64,000 bases of DNA. It comes from Octopus vulgaris (lineage: Eukaryota). The notes below the pieces were generated by a model, which was not told the origin of the DNA, did not search any database, and saw only the letters and a program-made list of their open reading frames with translations. The stretch is taken from the NCBI GenBank assembly GCA_951406725.2, contig OX597827.1, positions 64,790,001 through 64,854,000 of the forward strand, written 5' to 3'. The translations under genes were made by a program, and so were the position numbers. Positions 28,001 through 41,746 of this stretch are shown in pieces; position 1 is the stretch's first letter; every line of letters starts with the position of its first letter.

Positions 28001-28739
28001 TATATTCCCAGAGTTAGGCAGCAAGCTGACAGAAACTTTAGTACACCAGGCGAAATGTTTTGCGGTATCTACGTCTTTCGAGGTCGATAAATTAAGTACT
28101 AGTTGCGTACTGGGGTCGATCTTAATGACTGGCCCCTCCCCCAAAATTTCGGGCCTTGTGCCTAGAGTGGAAAAGAATATATTCACAGAGTATACTTACG
28201 TATCATTCTTTGAAATATTTTGGGACATGGGCTTGCCTCATCGGGTATCTGCGCACATTATAACTATTCTGCTTTTGTCCTTGCTCTGTTTTACATGAGA
28301 TGGGCTTAATCTTAACCAAAATCAACAAAAAAACAGTACGTTAGATGGTTTGTTGTTAGAGTTATTCATGAGTAGCTATAATATATTTCAGCAAAAGGAG
28401 ACCAAATACCAAAAATTAAATTTTCGTTAAATGTTTGTTCTAATATTTGCTATTTCGAAAGACTTTAAATGATTCTAATATTTTCAAGTTCTTAGAATGT
28501 GCCCTGTTCCTAGGAGAACATTTTTGTTTGTTGTTTCTATACTTTGAGTTTCTTGGTATTTAAGATCTTATTTAGCATAATCTCTGCTATTTCGAAGCCC
28601 TTGTATTTAACGTTCTAAGCGTTTTCACAGGCGTTGCAATCGGCGGATATTGACATATCAAACGTGCTGCGTCAATGTGAAGTTTCGCCACAATATCTGG
28701 CGTATTGTTGTGAATAACTTGATAAATTTGAATATCAAA

Positions 28740-28829
<90 letters not shown>

Positions 28830-29065
28830 TTCATTTCTCTCTTCTTTTGTTCCTTTTCCTTTTCTTTTTTTCTTTTTATTCGTTTTATTTTTTTATTTTA
28901 TTTATTTATTTTTTTGTTGTTCTTTTCTTCCCTTTTACGATACCTCTTGATCGAGAACCTACCTTTTTTTTCTTTTGTTTTTTGTTTTTTTCATCCCCCA
29001 AAAGAAAAGCTCTACCTTGTAACTTGTCCCATCTGTGTGCAGCCCTGTGTGGCCAATAAAGAAAC

Positions 29066-29133
<68 letters not shown>

Positions 29134-30183
29134 ATGTCTGTCTGTCTGTCCGTCTGCCCCATGGTCTCTCAGTTCGACTGTCTGTCAGTCAGTCTATCAA
29201 TGTAGCTATCTATCAACGCCTGTCTCTAGATGTATATCTACAATTATCTATCTATATATGAATTCGTGTGAGTTCTTATCCATGTAAGCGAGTCTGTGTT
29301 ACCAAAAAGAGACGGAGAGGTGGAGAAAGAAAGCCTCCTTATGAACACATGCGGTTTATCGTTGTCGACTCAATGGTTTAAAGACGCTGTAAATTACATT
29401 GTTTAAGAACGATTGTATTGAGAAAATATAGACATGTTAATATTCAGTAATGATTATTATCATGCTGTATACTTATAACTTTACAGGTTATTGTCATTTG
29501 TCTTTCAAACCCTTCCTTTCCTGTATAATGCGGTTTTGTGTGTTTGTATAGGAAAGTAATGTGGACGTGTCTCTTTGTGCTTTCATGATTGCGTGTGCTT
29601 GTTTTGATCATGTCTGCATGTGTGTGTATGTATTACGTATTTGCTTGTGTGTTCTATGCTATAAACGACTTTGCTGCTTTACAATAAGTTATCAGGAAAG
29701 AAATGCTGAGAAATATATCAAAGATATTACGAAATTTTACTATTTCGTCTGGGCATTTGAATTTATAATCAACATCAAAGGAATCAACAGTTCCTGGAGA
29801 TTTCTCGACTGGAGAGTTTTGTATTATTATTATTATAAATGTGTTACAAATATATACCATCTTCCGCAGTACAGTCATGGGATTCGTACTTATTACGTAA
29901 AACTCTATTTGCGTCGGTAGTGTGTTCAATTCAACATTGTTATTCATAACCAATGTTGTATCTAGTTACTGAAAGCATATAAATTGTGTGGCAAAAGGTT
30001 AATGTTATAAAGATATTTAATTCTCTCGCTGTAAAATCCGGAAACTTAAGAAATTTTCAGATTCAAATTTTAATTTTATTCGTTGGAAATCTTCGCGTTG
30101 CATAATATCATTGGGAGAAAGCTCGTAATTCACTTGGCTAGACTGCACGTCATGGTTTCGTTTAGCCTATACAACATTTGCTT

Positions 30184-30790
30184 ATTTCTTATTTCTTTAC
30201 TGCCCACAAGGGGCTAAACACCGAGGGGACAAACAAGGACAGACAAAAAGGGATTAAGTCGATAATATCGACCCCAGTGCGTAACTGGTACTTACTTAAT
30301 CGACCCCGAAAAGATGAAAGGCAAAGTCGATCTCGGCGGAATTTGAACTCAGAACGTAAAGACACACGAAATACCTATTTCTTTACTACCCACAAGGGGC
30401 TAAATACAGAGAGGACAAAGAAGGTCAGACAAACGGATTAAGTCGATTATATCAACCCCAGTGCGTAACTGGTACTTATTTAATCGACCCCGAAAGGATG
30501 AACGGCAAAGTCGACCTCGGCGGAATTTGAGCTCAGAACGTAACGGCAGACGAAATACCTATTTCTTTTCTACCCACAAGGGGCTAAACACAGAGGGGAA
30601 TAACAAAGACAGACGAACGGATTAAGTCGATTATATCGACTCCAGTGCGTAACTGGTACTTAATTTATCGACCCCGAAAGGATGAAAGGCAACGTTGATT
30701 TCGGTGGAATTTGAACTTAGAACGTAGCGGCAGACGAAATACCGCTAAGTATTTGCCCGGCGTGCTAACGTTTCTGCCAGCTCACCGCCA
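30184..30790 (-). mobile_element. SINE family B trimer
   Basis: Three tail-A units and a single head at ~30790. Flanked by catttgctt at 30175-30183 and 30797-30805 (TSD). Confidence 0.92.
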
Positions 30791-30889
30791 ATGCATCATT
30801 TGCTTGTTGGCAATATGATGGCGTACATTTCGTTCGTGATGACATGATTCAAATCGAGTCTGCAATACCACTTCAATAAATAATAATTT

Positions 30890-31250
30890 AAATCATCGTT
30901 ACAGAAGTAGGTGCAAAATGGCTAGTAGACAAATCTGCCTGTTTTCTCATTAAATGTCTCTTAATTTATGGGGAAATTAAGAACCAGCGTTCTTAAAGCG
31001 ATGGCAGAAGCAGCTGAGAAGCGTTCCAACTAGTTCTAGTTACTGAGGAACGGAAGTGTACCTCAGAAGTCATAATTAACACTACAGCCCAGTTCCGTCT
31101 TTGATTGAATTGATTACAGCACCCAAGATACCGGGGTCCTGCTATATCTTACTAATCGAGTGGGGATGCAACTCAGACAATAGTACAAAATGCGGCAGCC
31201 GAGGGATATCCAGGAGTAATGATCCGGAAGCGACCCCTGGCATCCTTAGA
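30890..31250 (+). mobile_element. HERO-like RLE non-LTR retrotransposon 3' end
   Basis: IIVTEVGAKWLVDKSA, then LKAMAEAAEKRSN, resembling the PVEVG.RG...EAAEKAS.WLWLKR C-terminus. Followed by a GC-richer putative 3' UTR. Confidence 0.55.
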
Positions 31251-31274
31251 AAGTAAGGAGTTGTTGTTGGTGGT

Positions 31275-31645
31275 TGCTGTTGCTGTCTTCGTCCCAGAGC
31301 TCGCAAGATGGGAGAAGTCCGAAACGTGGTCCTTTGCTATTCGTAAAACCCGCAGAAGAGAAAGCAGGTCAACCCCCGACACCGAGAGCATCGACGGAGG
31401 GATGAATGCGCATCCAGGCTCAGCGGTTGCGTAGGAAGTCAGGGACAAGAAACAAGAAGAAAGAGTGAGAGAAAGTTGGAGCGAAGGAGTACAACAGGGG
31501 TCGCCACGCTCTCCCCTGCCGAAGCCTCGTGGAGCTTTAGGTGTTTTCGCTCAATAAACAGACACAGCGCCTGGTCTGAGAATCGAAACCCGCGATCCTT
31601 CGACCGCGAGTCCGCTGCCCTAACCATTAGGCCATTGCGCCTCCA
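31275..31645 (-). mobile_element. SINE family C, tail type 2
   Basis: Same head as 21228-21539 but an unrelated 3' half. Exact TSD gttgttgttggtggt at 31260-31274 and 31647-31661. Confidence 0.9.
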
Positions 31646-32544
31646 CGTTGTTGTTGGTGGTGGGAGGAGCGAAAAACTTGTATGAGGAGACCTTTTTCTA
31701 TGAAGATGTTCTGACTACAACATTATTGTTTTCGTAATTCTTACCGCCTTATGATAAGTTTAGAAAGTTTTGTATTATCGAGAAATTTCCAATTTTTATA
31801 AAAAAAAAAAGAAACAAATTCTTTTACTTTGTTACTAGGAAGTTAAATGCAAAAAAAAAATCGATATTTCTGTGTTTTTTTAAAAGAAATGTCTGTTTTC
31901 TGTAGACGTGTTACTAATTTATCGTCTTTTCTTAATGCAGCCGAAAGAATGATATTTAAAACGCTAAACAATATTTCTCTTTAGAATGTTTTCAATAGAA
32001 AATTGTGCTACTCTTTATGAAAGTTGTATGTAATTAATAAAATCAAATGAGGTTAATATTGCAAGGTTAAATTAATATTGAAAGGTTGAAGTGATTGATG
32101 CTACAAGGAATACTTAATTCTTTTGTCCAAAGATTGGACAGTTCTTCAGAAATTTCAAATTCTAGTTTCATTTCGATGGAATCTTAATGTTGCTTTATTG
32201 TCCAAACTTAAGCGCTGTCTATGTCTGCACCGAAGATGTCTTTGCTTCATTTTAACTATTATACATAAGTTTACAGTAATATGATGGAGGACATTTCATT
32301 TGTAAGATTCTGATTCAGAATCGATATAAAATTATTCATTGAAATGCAGGTTTATGTTATGAGTATAAATCCCAAAATTGTATTGCCTAATGAGTGGCGA
32401 TTTTCACACGCGTCTCCGGAAAACATAGATAATTCTTTTAAAATCTATAGATTAAAATTTGACGATCAATGGATTTAGTTCACTGCATTTATGACGACAG
32501 GAGGAAAACAAGAAGTGTTTGTAAATCATAGTATAACAAATATT

Positions 32545-33785
32545 CTTTTCTACTCTAGGTACAAGGCCCGAAATTTTGGGGGAGGGGGCAAGTCGATTAG
32601 ATCTACCCCAGTACGCAGCTGGTATATAATTTGTAGAGTTTGAAAGGATGAAAAGCAAAGTCGACCTCGGCTGAATTTGAACTCAGAACGTAAAGAGAGA
32701 CGATATACTGCTAAGCATTTCGCCCGGCGTACTAATTCCATAACAAATATTCTTTTCTGCTCCAGGCACAAGGGCCGAAATTTTGGCGGGAGGGAGACAG
32801 TGGATTAGAGCGACTACAGTACGCAACTGGTATTTATTTTATCGACCCCGAAAGGATGAAAGGCAAAGTCGACCTCGGTTGAATTTCAACTCAGAACGTA
32901 ACAGCAGACGAAACACCGCTAAGTATTTCGCCGGTGTACTAACGTTTCTACCAGCTCGTCGAGTTGCTAATTACATAACAAATATTTATTTCTCTATTGC
33001 CCACAGGGGCTAAACATAGAGGGGACAAACAAGGACAGACAAAGGGATTATGTCTATTACACAGAACCCAGTACGTAACTGGTACTTAATTTATCAACAC
33101 TGAAATGATGAAAGGCAAAGTCGACCTCGACAGAATTTGAACTCAGAACGTAACGGTAGGCGAAATACTGCTATGCATTTCGCCTGGCGTCCTAACGTTA
33201 CTTATTTCTTTATTGTCCACAAGGGGTTAAACATAAAGAGGACAAACAAGGATAAACAAGGGGTTAAGTCGATCACATCGACCCCAATGTGTATCTGGTA
33301 CTAAAGGATGAAAGGCAAAGTCAACCTCGGCAGAATTTGAACTCAGAACGTAGTGGCGGATGAAATACCTATTTCTTAACTACCCACAAGGGGCTCAACA
33401 CAGAGAGGACAAACAAGGATAGACAAACGGATTAAGTCGATTATATCGACTCCAGGGCGTAACTGGTACTTATTTAATCGAATCCGAAAGGATGAAAGGC
33501 AAAGTCAACCTCGGCGTAATTTGATCTCAGAACGTAGCAGCAGACGAAATACCTATTTCTTTACTACCCACAGGGGGCTAAACACAGAGAGGACAAAAAG
33601 GACAGACAAAGGGATTAAGTCGATTATATCGACCCCAGTTCGTAACTGGTACTTATTTAATCGACCCCGAAATGATGAAAGGCAAAGTCGACCTCGGTTG
33701 AATTTGAACTCAGAACGTAACGGCAGACGAAATACCGTTAGGCACTTCGCCCGGCGTGCTAACGTTCCTACCAGCTCGCCGCCTT
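32545..33785 (-). mobile_element. SINE family B array (six bodies in three blocks)
   Basis: Two tail-B monomers and a tail-A tetramer, separated and flanked by the repeated sequence ataacaaatatt. Confidence 0.92.
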
Positions 33786-34697
33786 GACAATTGCATAACA
33801 AATATTGGAAAAGTCTTTGTTTGAAGAAGTTCAGCGTGTCGGTGTAAGACTCACTCATTTATAAATGCATGAACACATACACATACACAGACTCATACAC
33901 AAACATTGTAAATATATACACACATTTACGTATATATATATATATATATATATGACTCTCCCCAGACGCAACAGAATATGCTTCAACACACGAACTCATA
34001 TAAAGAAAATCAAATCCCAAAACGAAATTAAATTACAATCTTTTACCGGAAAAGTACGGAAATTATCATTGTAGCAAGAGAGTTATATTGACGTGAACGT
34101 ATTGAAGATATGCTGATGATTTATAGAATTAGTTGTTCAAGATGCGAAACAATTGTTGGACAAGAAGGAGCCATTACAAAATCATTCACTATTTCAATTA
34201 TTGCACGAATTGAAAGTTAATAACATTCGTTTCTTCGAAGTTAACATTCACGCCCACAACTCGGGAAATATTACGATATAAATTGAACTTTCAAAGACGT
34301 TGATTTTCCTAACAGCAAGTAATAAGTGTCGTATTTAGTATCGAATGTCTGTCGTAAAATCGCTACTCTGAAGGTAACAGTTCAGTTAATAAGAACCGAG
34401 CTAGAATTAATCCATCTACAAATTTCCTGAATCAATGAAGTACCGCTACGGGATGGATGTAGAAAATAGGTAGTAAAATTCAGGCAGTGCTGTTCAATAA
34501 TGAATATAGAAATTTAAAGCCTCGTATAAGAAATAAAGTCTACTAACGCATCATTCCAAAATTCCAAAGCTAAAGATTCTAATGATGGTAAGCAAGTAGA
34601 GCCTGCGAAGTTACAATCAGCTTTTTCTTTGTAAATTATATAATCAGAGCCTTGCGTAGTACTTGTAATTTTTTTGTTTATTTGACATAAAAACAAT

Positions 34698-34789
<92 letters not shown>

Positions 34790-34928
34790 AGTAGAGAATA
34801 CATTGAAATTCATAAGAGGAATCCATCATAGGACTCCTTGCACGCTAGAGAGACCAGTTAAATTCCAAACCACTATTAGGGATAAAATTTCGAAGGGAAT
34901 GAAAAATATAAACATTTACCATCTGACT

Positions 34929-34998
34929 CCTGGACCAATGGTTTCAGACTTTGTTTAGTAAATAAAATAATTTGCTAGGCGAAGCCTTCTTCAGCAGG
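34929..34998 (-). ncRNA. Type I hammerhead ribozyme with canonical core
   Basis: 5'-CCUG CUGAAGA AGGCUUCGCCUAGCAAAU-UAUUUU-AUUUACUAAACAAAGUCU GAAA CCAUUGGU C CAGG-3'. Stem I CCUG/CAGG, long imperfect stem II, stem III ACC/GGU, GUC cleavage triplet. Confidence 0.8.
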
Positions 34999-35150
34999 TA
35001 CACCTTAGATAAATATATATACGCGAGGTAATCCAGTATATGCCCCGTGCTTATACATTCTAATTTTTCAAATCTATTGACTACATTTTTACACGCTAGG
35101 CCACTGGTAATGAACATTTCTAATATTTCTGATTACCCTTTGAGATATAT

Positions 35151-35245
<95 letters not shown>

Positions 35246-35460
35246 AATAGTAAATCTCTGAGCGAGAAGTTTACAGTAGAAGCACGGAATCATGATATAT
35301 ATTTGCCACCTAAATTTTGGAGTCCCATAGGGGACGGTGTGTGATAATCACCAATTTCTTTATTGTGATAATAAATATCTTTTACAAAGAAGGACAATAA
35401 AGGACGTTATAAACATATGAATGTGGTGAGTGAGCTTATAATTAAAATTTCGATTAATCA

Positions 35461-35504
<44 letters not shown>

Positions 35505-35507
<3 letters not shown>

Positions 35508-36222
35508 AAAAATTTCACAAGTTTATTTTCGCAATACTATGGCCGGAAAAACAGCAACTACAGCTTGCTTTTACCATGGGTGGAATTAAGTAGGGACAGT
35601 CACTCCCAACTTCCTCCCGACATCTTTCCATCTTTTCTCATATACTTTGCGACAGGCGTCTCCTCTCCAGCCCTATCTTGCTCTTCACATGGTACCAGAA
35701 GTAGAATAGCAAACCAGGGCCGGAGATGAAGGATCCTGTCACGATTTCTTGCATTCTTGTTCTCCGTGCACACTCTTTCATCACTGCGACTGCACACAGA
35801 AAACATGCCTCACCTTCCTTCGATAGTACGGTTGGCAGTACAATCTTTATAACAGACTCAACTGATAGCTGTACTCTTCCCAGGTGCGACAACACGTGTT
35901 CTACGTAAATCATCAAGCCCGAAAGCTCCGGGCACTGTTCAAGTGCGTGCAGGACAGTTTCCTTGTCCTGTCCGCACCTTGGGTATGCCGGTGGCACTGA
36001 TATTCCGTGCCTGGACAATTTATCGCGGACAGGTAATGCATCCCTGTAACACTGCCAGGTAAGGGATCGTTGGTAATTATCCAAATACCCCGACCTGAAG
36101 GTTTATGAAACAGGTTGGCTAGCTGGTTCTCGCAGGACGTCATCGCTCTTATAGACTACCATCTCCTTATAAAATACGGAGGTGGTATTTCCGCTGCCGG
36201 GCTTGCCCGCCCCTGTGGATTA
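35505..36222 (-). mobile_element. Tx1/L1-clade LINE 3' end (zf-RVT region + 3' UTR)
   Basis: ORF 35638-36084 reads RSLTWQCYRDALPVRDKLSRHG..PRCGQDKETVLHALEQC. AATAAA on the minus strand at ~35522-35527, ending in (TA)n. Confidence 0.85.
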
Positions 36223-36224
36223 TC

Positions 36225-36676
<452 letters not shown>

Positions 36677-36912
36677 GTGTGTGTGTGTGCTTATGTAATT
36701 GAAATGTGGGCGTTAGACAGCACATGAAGTTCACACTAGAACTAATTGCGCAATAAGCTGTACGTGTACCTGTGCAATACATCTTCTCAGGCTTCATCTA
36801 TTAATATCGATTTTAATCCGAAATCGAATGCTGAGAACTTACCTCTTTAGCAAGGAAGTAATACGATATTTTGCTAAATAAATCGCAAAGCGGCTAAGTG
36901 AACGTCAGCCGC

Positions 36913-37024
36913 GTCGTCATCATCATCATCATCATCATCATCGTCGTCGTCATCATCATCATCATCGTCATCATCATCATCATCATCAGCGTCATCATCA
37001 TCATCGTCATCATCATCATCATCG

Positions 37025-37068
<44 letters not shown>

Positions 37069-37126
37069 GTCGTCGTCATCATCATCATCGTCATCATCAT
37101 CATCGTCATCATCATCATCGTCGTCG

Positions 37127-37182
<56 letters not shown>

Positions 37183-37183
37183 G

Positions 37184-37222
<39 letters not shown>

Positions 37223-37262
37223 GCATCATCATCATCATCGTCATCATCATCATCATCATCAT
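36913..37262. repeat. (CAT/CGT)n microsatellite
   Basis: Trinucleotide tract. It is the source of the poly-D, poly-M and poly-I ORFs. Confidence 0.97.
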
Positions 37263-37563
37263 TATCTGCATCTACGGTATCAGCAGCATCAGAAACAACA
37301 AAAACAATAACAACAACAGCAACAACAACGACAGTCGCTTGAAACTGCAACAGAATTCAGAATCAAACATCATAGTGGCAATTGAAGTATTTGTAGTGGT
37401 ACATAGTGTAGTAGTAGTAGTAGTAGTAGTAGTTGTTGTTGTAGTAGTAGGAGCAGTTAGAGTAACGGTAGCATTATCACTCTTACTACTACTATGTAAT
37501 TTTGTTCCTCCTCCTCCCTTGATGCTGCTGCTACTACTGGTATTACCGCTGCTGCTGCTGCTT

Positions 37564-37608
<45 letters not shown>

Positions 37609-37843
37609 ATAATAATAATAATAATACTAATACTAATAATAATATTAATACTAATAATAATAATAATAATAATAATAATAGTAATATTAAGAACAATCCT
37701 TCCGTACTAGACACACAAGGCCTGAAATTTGTGGGGAGGAGATTGTTGATTACCTCAGTACTCAGTTGGTACCTATTTCATCGACCCCGAAAGGATGAAA
37801 TGCAAAATGCACCTTCGCAGAATTTGAACTCAGAACTTAAAGA

Positions 37844-38009
<166 letters not shown>

Positions 38010-38020
38010 TAATAATAATA

Positions 38021-38157
38021 ATATCCAGATGCAGTACCAGACAGTGGCTCTCATGACTGCTGATCTTAACTGATTGGAAGTGTTATCATGTACGTTGTTT
38101 TGTCTTGGTATAAAAGATGGCCTACGGCAAATATTCTGCTCAATACCACGGGTTTGC
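38021..38157 (+). mobile_element. 5' portion of an unclassified (TAA)n-associated repeat (family F)
   Basis: gttatcatgtacgttgttttgtcttggtataaaagat..gcaaatattctgctcaataccac is the reverse complement of ~44565-44641. Starts immediately after (TAA)n. Confidence 0.75.
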
Positions 38158-38597
38158 AGAACGTAGCGGCAGACGATATACCGATTTCTTTACTGCCCAC
38201 AAGGGGCTACACACCGAGGGAACAAGCAATACAAACAAACGGATTAAGTCGATTATATCGACCCCAGTGCGTAACCGGTACTTATTTAATCGACCCCGAA
38301 TGAATGAAAGGCAAAGTCGAACTTGGCGGAACTCGAACTCAGAACGTGAACACAGACGAAATACTTATTTCTTTACTACCCACAAGGGGCTAAACACAGA
38401 GAGGAGAAAGAAGGACAGACAAACGGATAAAGTCTATTACATGGACCTCAGTGCGTAACTGGTGTTTATTTAATCGACCCCGAAAGGATGACAGGCAAAG
38501 TCGACGTCGGCGGAATTTGAACTGAGAACGTAGCGGCAGACAAAATGCCACTAAGCATTTCGCCCGGCGTTCTAACGTTCTTGCCAGTTCTCCGCCA
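38158..38597 (-). mobile_element. SINE family B tandem copies
   Basis: Two tail-A units plus a partial third. Head at ~38597. Confidence 0.9.
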
Positions 38598-40295
38598 TAG
38601 GCTGAAACAAGTACTGCAAATCATTTTGTCTTTCGCTGTAATGGGCCCACCATTCCAGCATACAAACAGAATATTCTTATGATAGCTTTGATTTAGGAAC
38701 GAGACGAGTAATTTCCTTGGAAGAAGCTTTATCGATACAATAGTATTCCAATACTTGGATGTTGCTTTATTTTATTAGTACTGGATGTAGGAATGTCGTC
38801 AGCACAGTTCCATTTGAACTCAAAGCATAAAAGGCTAAAATAAAGGAATAAATAATTAAATAAATAATTATTGCCAAACATTGCATCCACCGTTTTAATG
38901 ATTTTGTCAGGTGCCGTCTTAAGACATCTAAAATTAGCTTCTGATTCAAATACACGACCATCACTTTTGAGAAGAGTGAAATTTTGTATAAGTCGATATC
39001 TTAAGTCGATACCATCGACGCAATTCTGGACTGTACTAATTTTATCGAGCCCAGGAAGATTAGAAGTAAAGCTGACATTCCTGTTATTTGAATACCTGAA
39101 ATTGTATTTTCCGACGATTCAACCAGCTTGCCGTATTCCAAAGAGCATTATTCATCCTTTATAGTATAGGTAAGGGCCTGAAATTTTGGCGGGGGAGGGG
39201 GTTAGTTGATTATATCAAGCCTAGTACTGGACCGATACCCATTTCATCGACCCTGAAACGATGAAAGGCGAAGTTGTCCTCATCAGGAGTTTGAATTTAG
39301 AAACATATAGTCAGAAGGAATTCTGCTGACCTTTTTATCTGATGGACAAGCGATTCTGCCAGATTAGAGAAAACTAATAATAAAAGGTAATCAGGGTAAA
39401 TCTAACTAAGATAATCTTTTATTCATATATTTCGGTCATGGCACTACGACTATGCTGCAAGATCGCAATGGAAGATTTAGTTGATCTTAGTACATAATTT
39501 TATAGCCTGGTTGTTGTTCTATCGTTTCCTTTGGCGAACTGTTACGGAGACGTAAACAAACCAACACCGTTATGCATATATATATGATGAACTTGCACAC
39601 ATTTTGTGCCTATAAAAATTCCTTCAAAAGGCCTTGTTCTGCCTGCGATTATGCTAGAAGACTCCTGCTCAAGTTGGAGCACAGTGGGACTGAACTGAAA
39701 ACTACATTGTTGCAAGGCGCGCTTCATAACTACACAGCGATGCTTGAACCCATATCAGACAGATTTTCACCAACAGAGGTTTAACAGTCAAGCCACTACT
39801 TTATAGATAAAAAAACAAAAAGTAACAGAAACTAAGAGAAAAAAACCCTGAAGCACCTCCCCCCCCCCAAAAAAAAATGGATGTAAAAACAAGGAACATA
39901 TATGAGACACAGAAGAGATATTAAAACTCAGAAAGTACTGTAGAAATATAAAATTTGGAAAAAAATCCTAAATGAAACAAAAAGAGTGTAATATATAACG
40001 CTGTAAGGATATAAAATGCTAGAATATTCTATTAAGATAAGAACTAAAAACGAATAGGTTATACATATTAATATACTAGCCATCCCAACCATTAACTATA
40101 GTTTCAATATAATACATTTGAAGTTATGTGAAATGAAGTGACTAGATATGAAAGCCAGGAGAAGAAGAAAAAAACTGGGGAAAAACAAAAGTGAAAGTAA
40201 GAAACAAAATGACTATTCATTGCTTCCTGAAGCCTACATCACTTAAGGTGATATTGACCGTATTACGAAGCTCCCATATAGTAATGAATGAGGAG

Positions 40296-40361
<66 letters not shown>

Positions 40362-40414
40362 GTATATATATATGTATAATACACTTCATTATAAAAGCAG
40401 CAAAATATTCACAG

Positions 40415-40456
40415 AACTGTTACTCAGGGTTTCAGGTTCACGTTCGTCGGACAGTT
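40415..40456 (-). ncRNA. Minimal type I hammerhead-like motif (variant core)
   Basis: AACUGU-CCGACGA-ACG(UGAA)CCU-GAAA-CCCUGAGU-A-ACAGUU. 6-bp stem I, U4 replaced by C, one mismatch each in stems II and III. Lies in a ~90-bp island between (TA)n and (CA)n. Confidence 0.6.
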
Positions 40457-40467
40457 TTGATGAATAC

Positions 40468-40532
<65 letters not shown>

Positions 40533-40534
40533 TT

Positions 40535-40666
40535 GGGCGCAGGAGTGGCTGTCTGGCAAGAAGTTTGCTTCCGAAAAATATGGTTCCGTGTTCTGTCCCA
40601 CTGTGTGGCACCTTGGGAAACTGCCTTGTGAGTGGATTTGGTAGACGGAACCTGAAAGAAGAACGT

Positions 40667-40670
<4 letters not shown>
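40535..40670 (+). mobile_element. SINE family A, 5' half
   Basis: ggcgcaggagtggctgtctgg...ccactgtgtggcaccttggg..gtgagtggatttggtagacggaa. Confidence 0.85.
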
Positions 40671-40714
<44 letters not shown>

Positions 40715-40804
40715 GTATGTGTGTGTGTGTGTGTATTGCATGTATTAGATTATATGTATACGTATATCTTTCGATATCTACCCGTCTATGTAGGTAGAGA
40801 AATA

Positions 40805-41170
<366 letters not shown>

Positions 41171-41172
41171 AA

Positions 41173-41620
41173 TACGTAGTTTGATCAATAAGTATCCAGA
41201 CTGTTGACATAGCAACGTAGCTAAAGCATGCAGAGTGAAGCCGCTTGTCATAGATTGACCTTCGACTCTGCTATGCATGCGCACAGAATTTTAACATTCT
41301 AACCCAATACTGCTGTTTACAGCAATGCTTGGAAGGAACGTGCGTAACGTGTGATCGTCGCATTGACCATGACAATGAAAGTTGAGCAGAGAATCTGCAT
41401 CAAATTTTTCCAAAAGCTTGGCGATAGCTGTTCAGAGTCCTTACGCAAAGATTTCAAAAATGTTCATCGTTCTCGACGCAATCAAGGGCTTGTGTAACTG
41501 AAACCCGAGTATCTTCTTGGTCAGCTGAAAGCAGTTTGGACACATGTCTCATACCCAAATGTTCAGTGATAATGGACTGAACTGAACCGTAACTAATCTG
41601 CACATCTTCTGATTTTACTT
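41173..41620 (+). mobile_element. mariner element 5' end
   Basis: Begins TA-cgtagtttgatcaataagtatccagact (TIR-like). Translation [20 protein letters not shown] matches the mariner N-terminal EQR.CIKFC.KLG motif. Confidence 0.75.
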
Positions 41621-41746
41621 AACATGAAATTATTTTTTCGATCGATCGATTATTAGAATACAATATCGTCGGCTTATACGCAACTCACATTGGTTTCAAA
41701 ATTTGGCATAAGGCCAGCAATTTTGGGTGTGGTCTAAGTCGTTCAC

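Noticed and set aside
29561-29953. Overlapping 119-aa and 99-aa ORFs in unique sequence
   Set aside because: No recognisable motif or splice evidence, and the lengths are compatible with chance.
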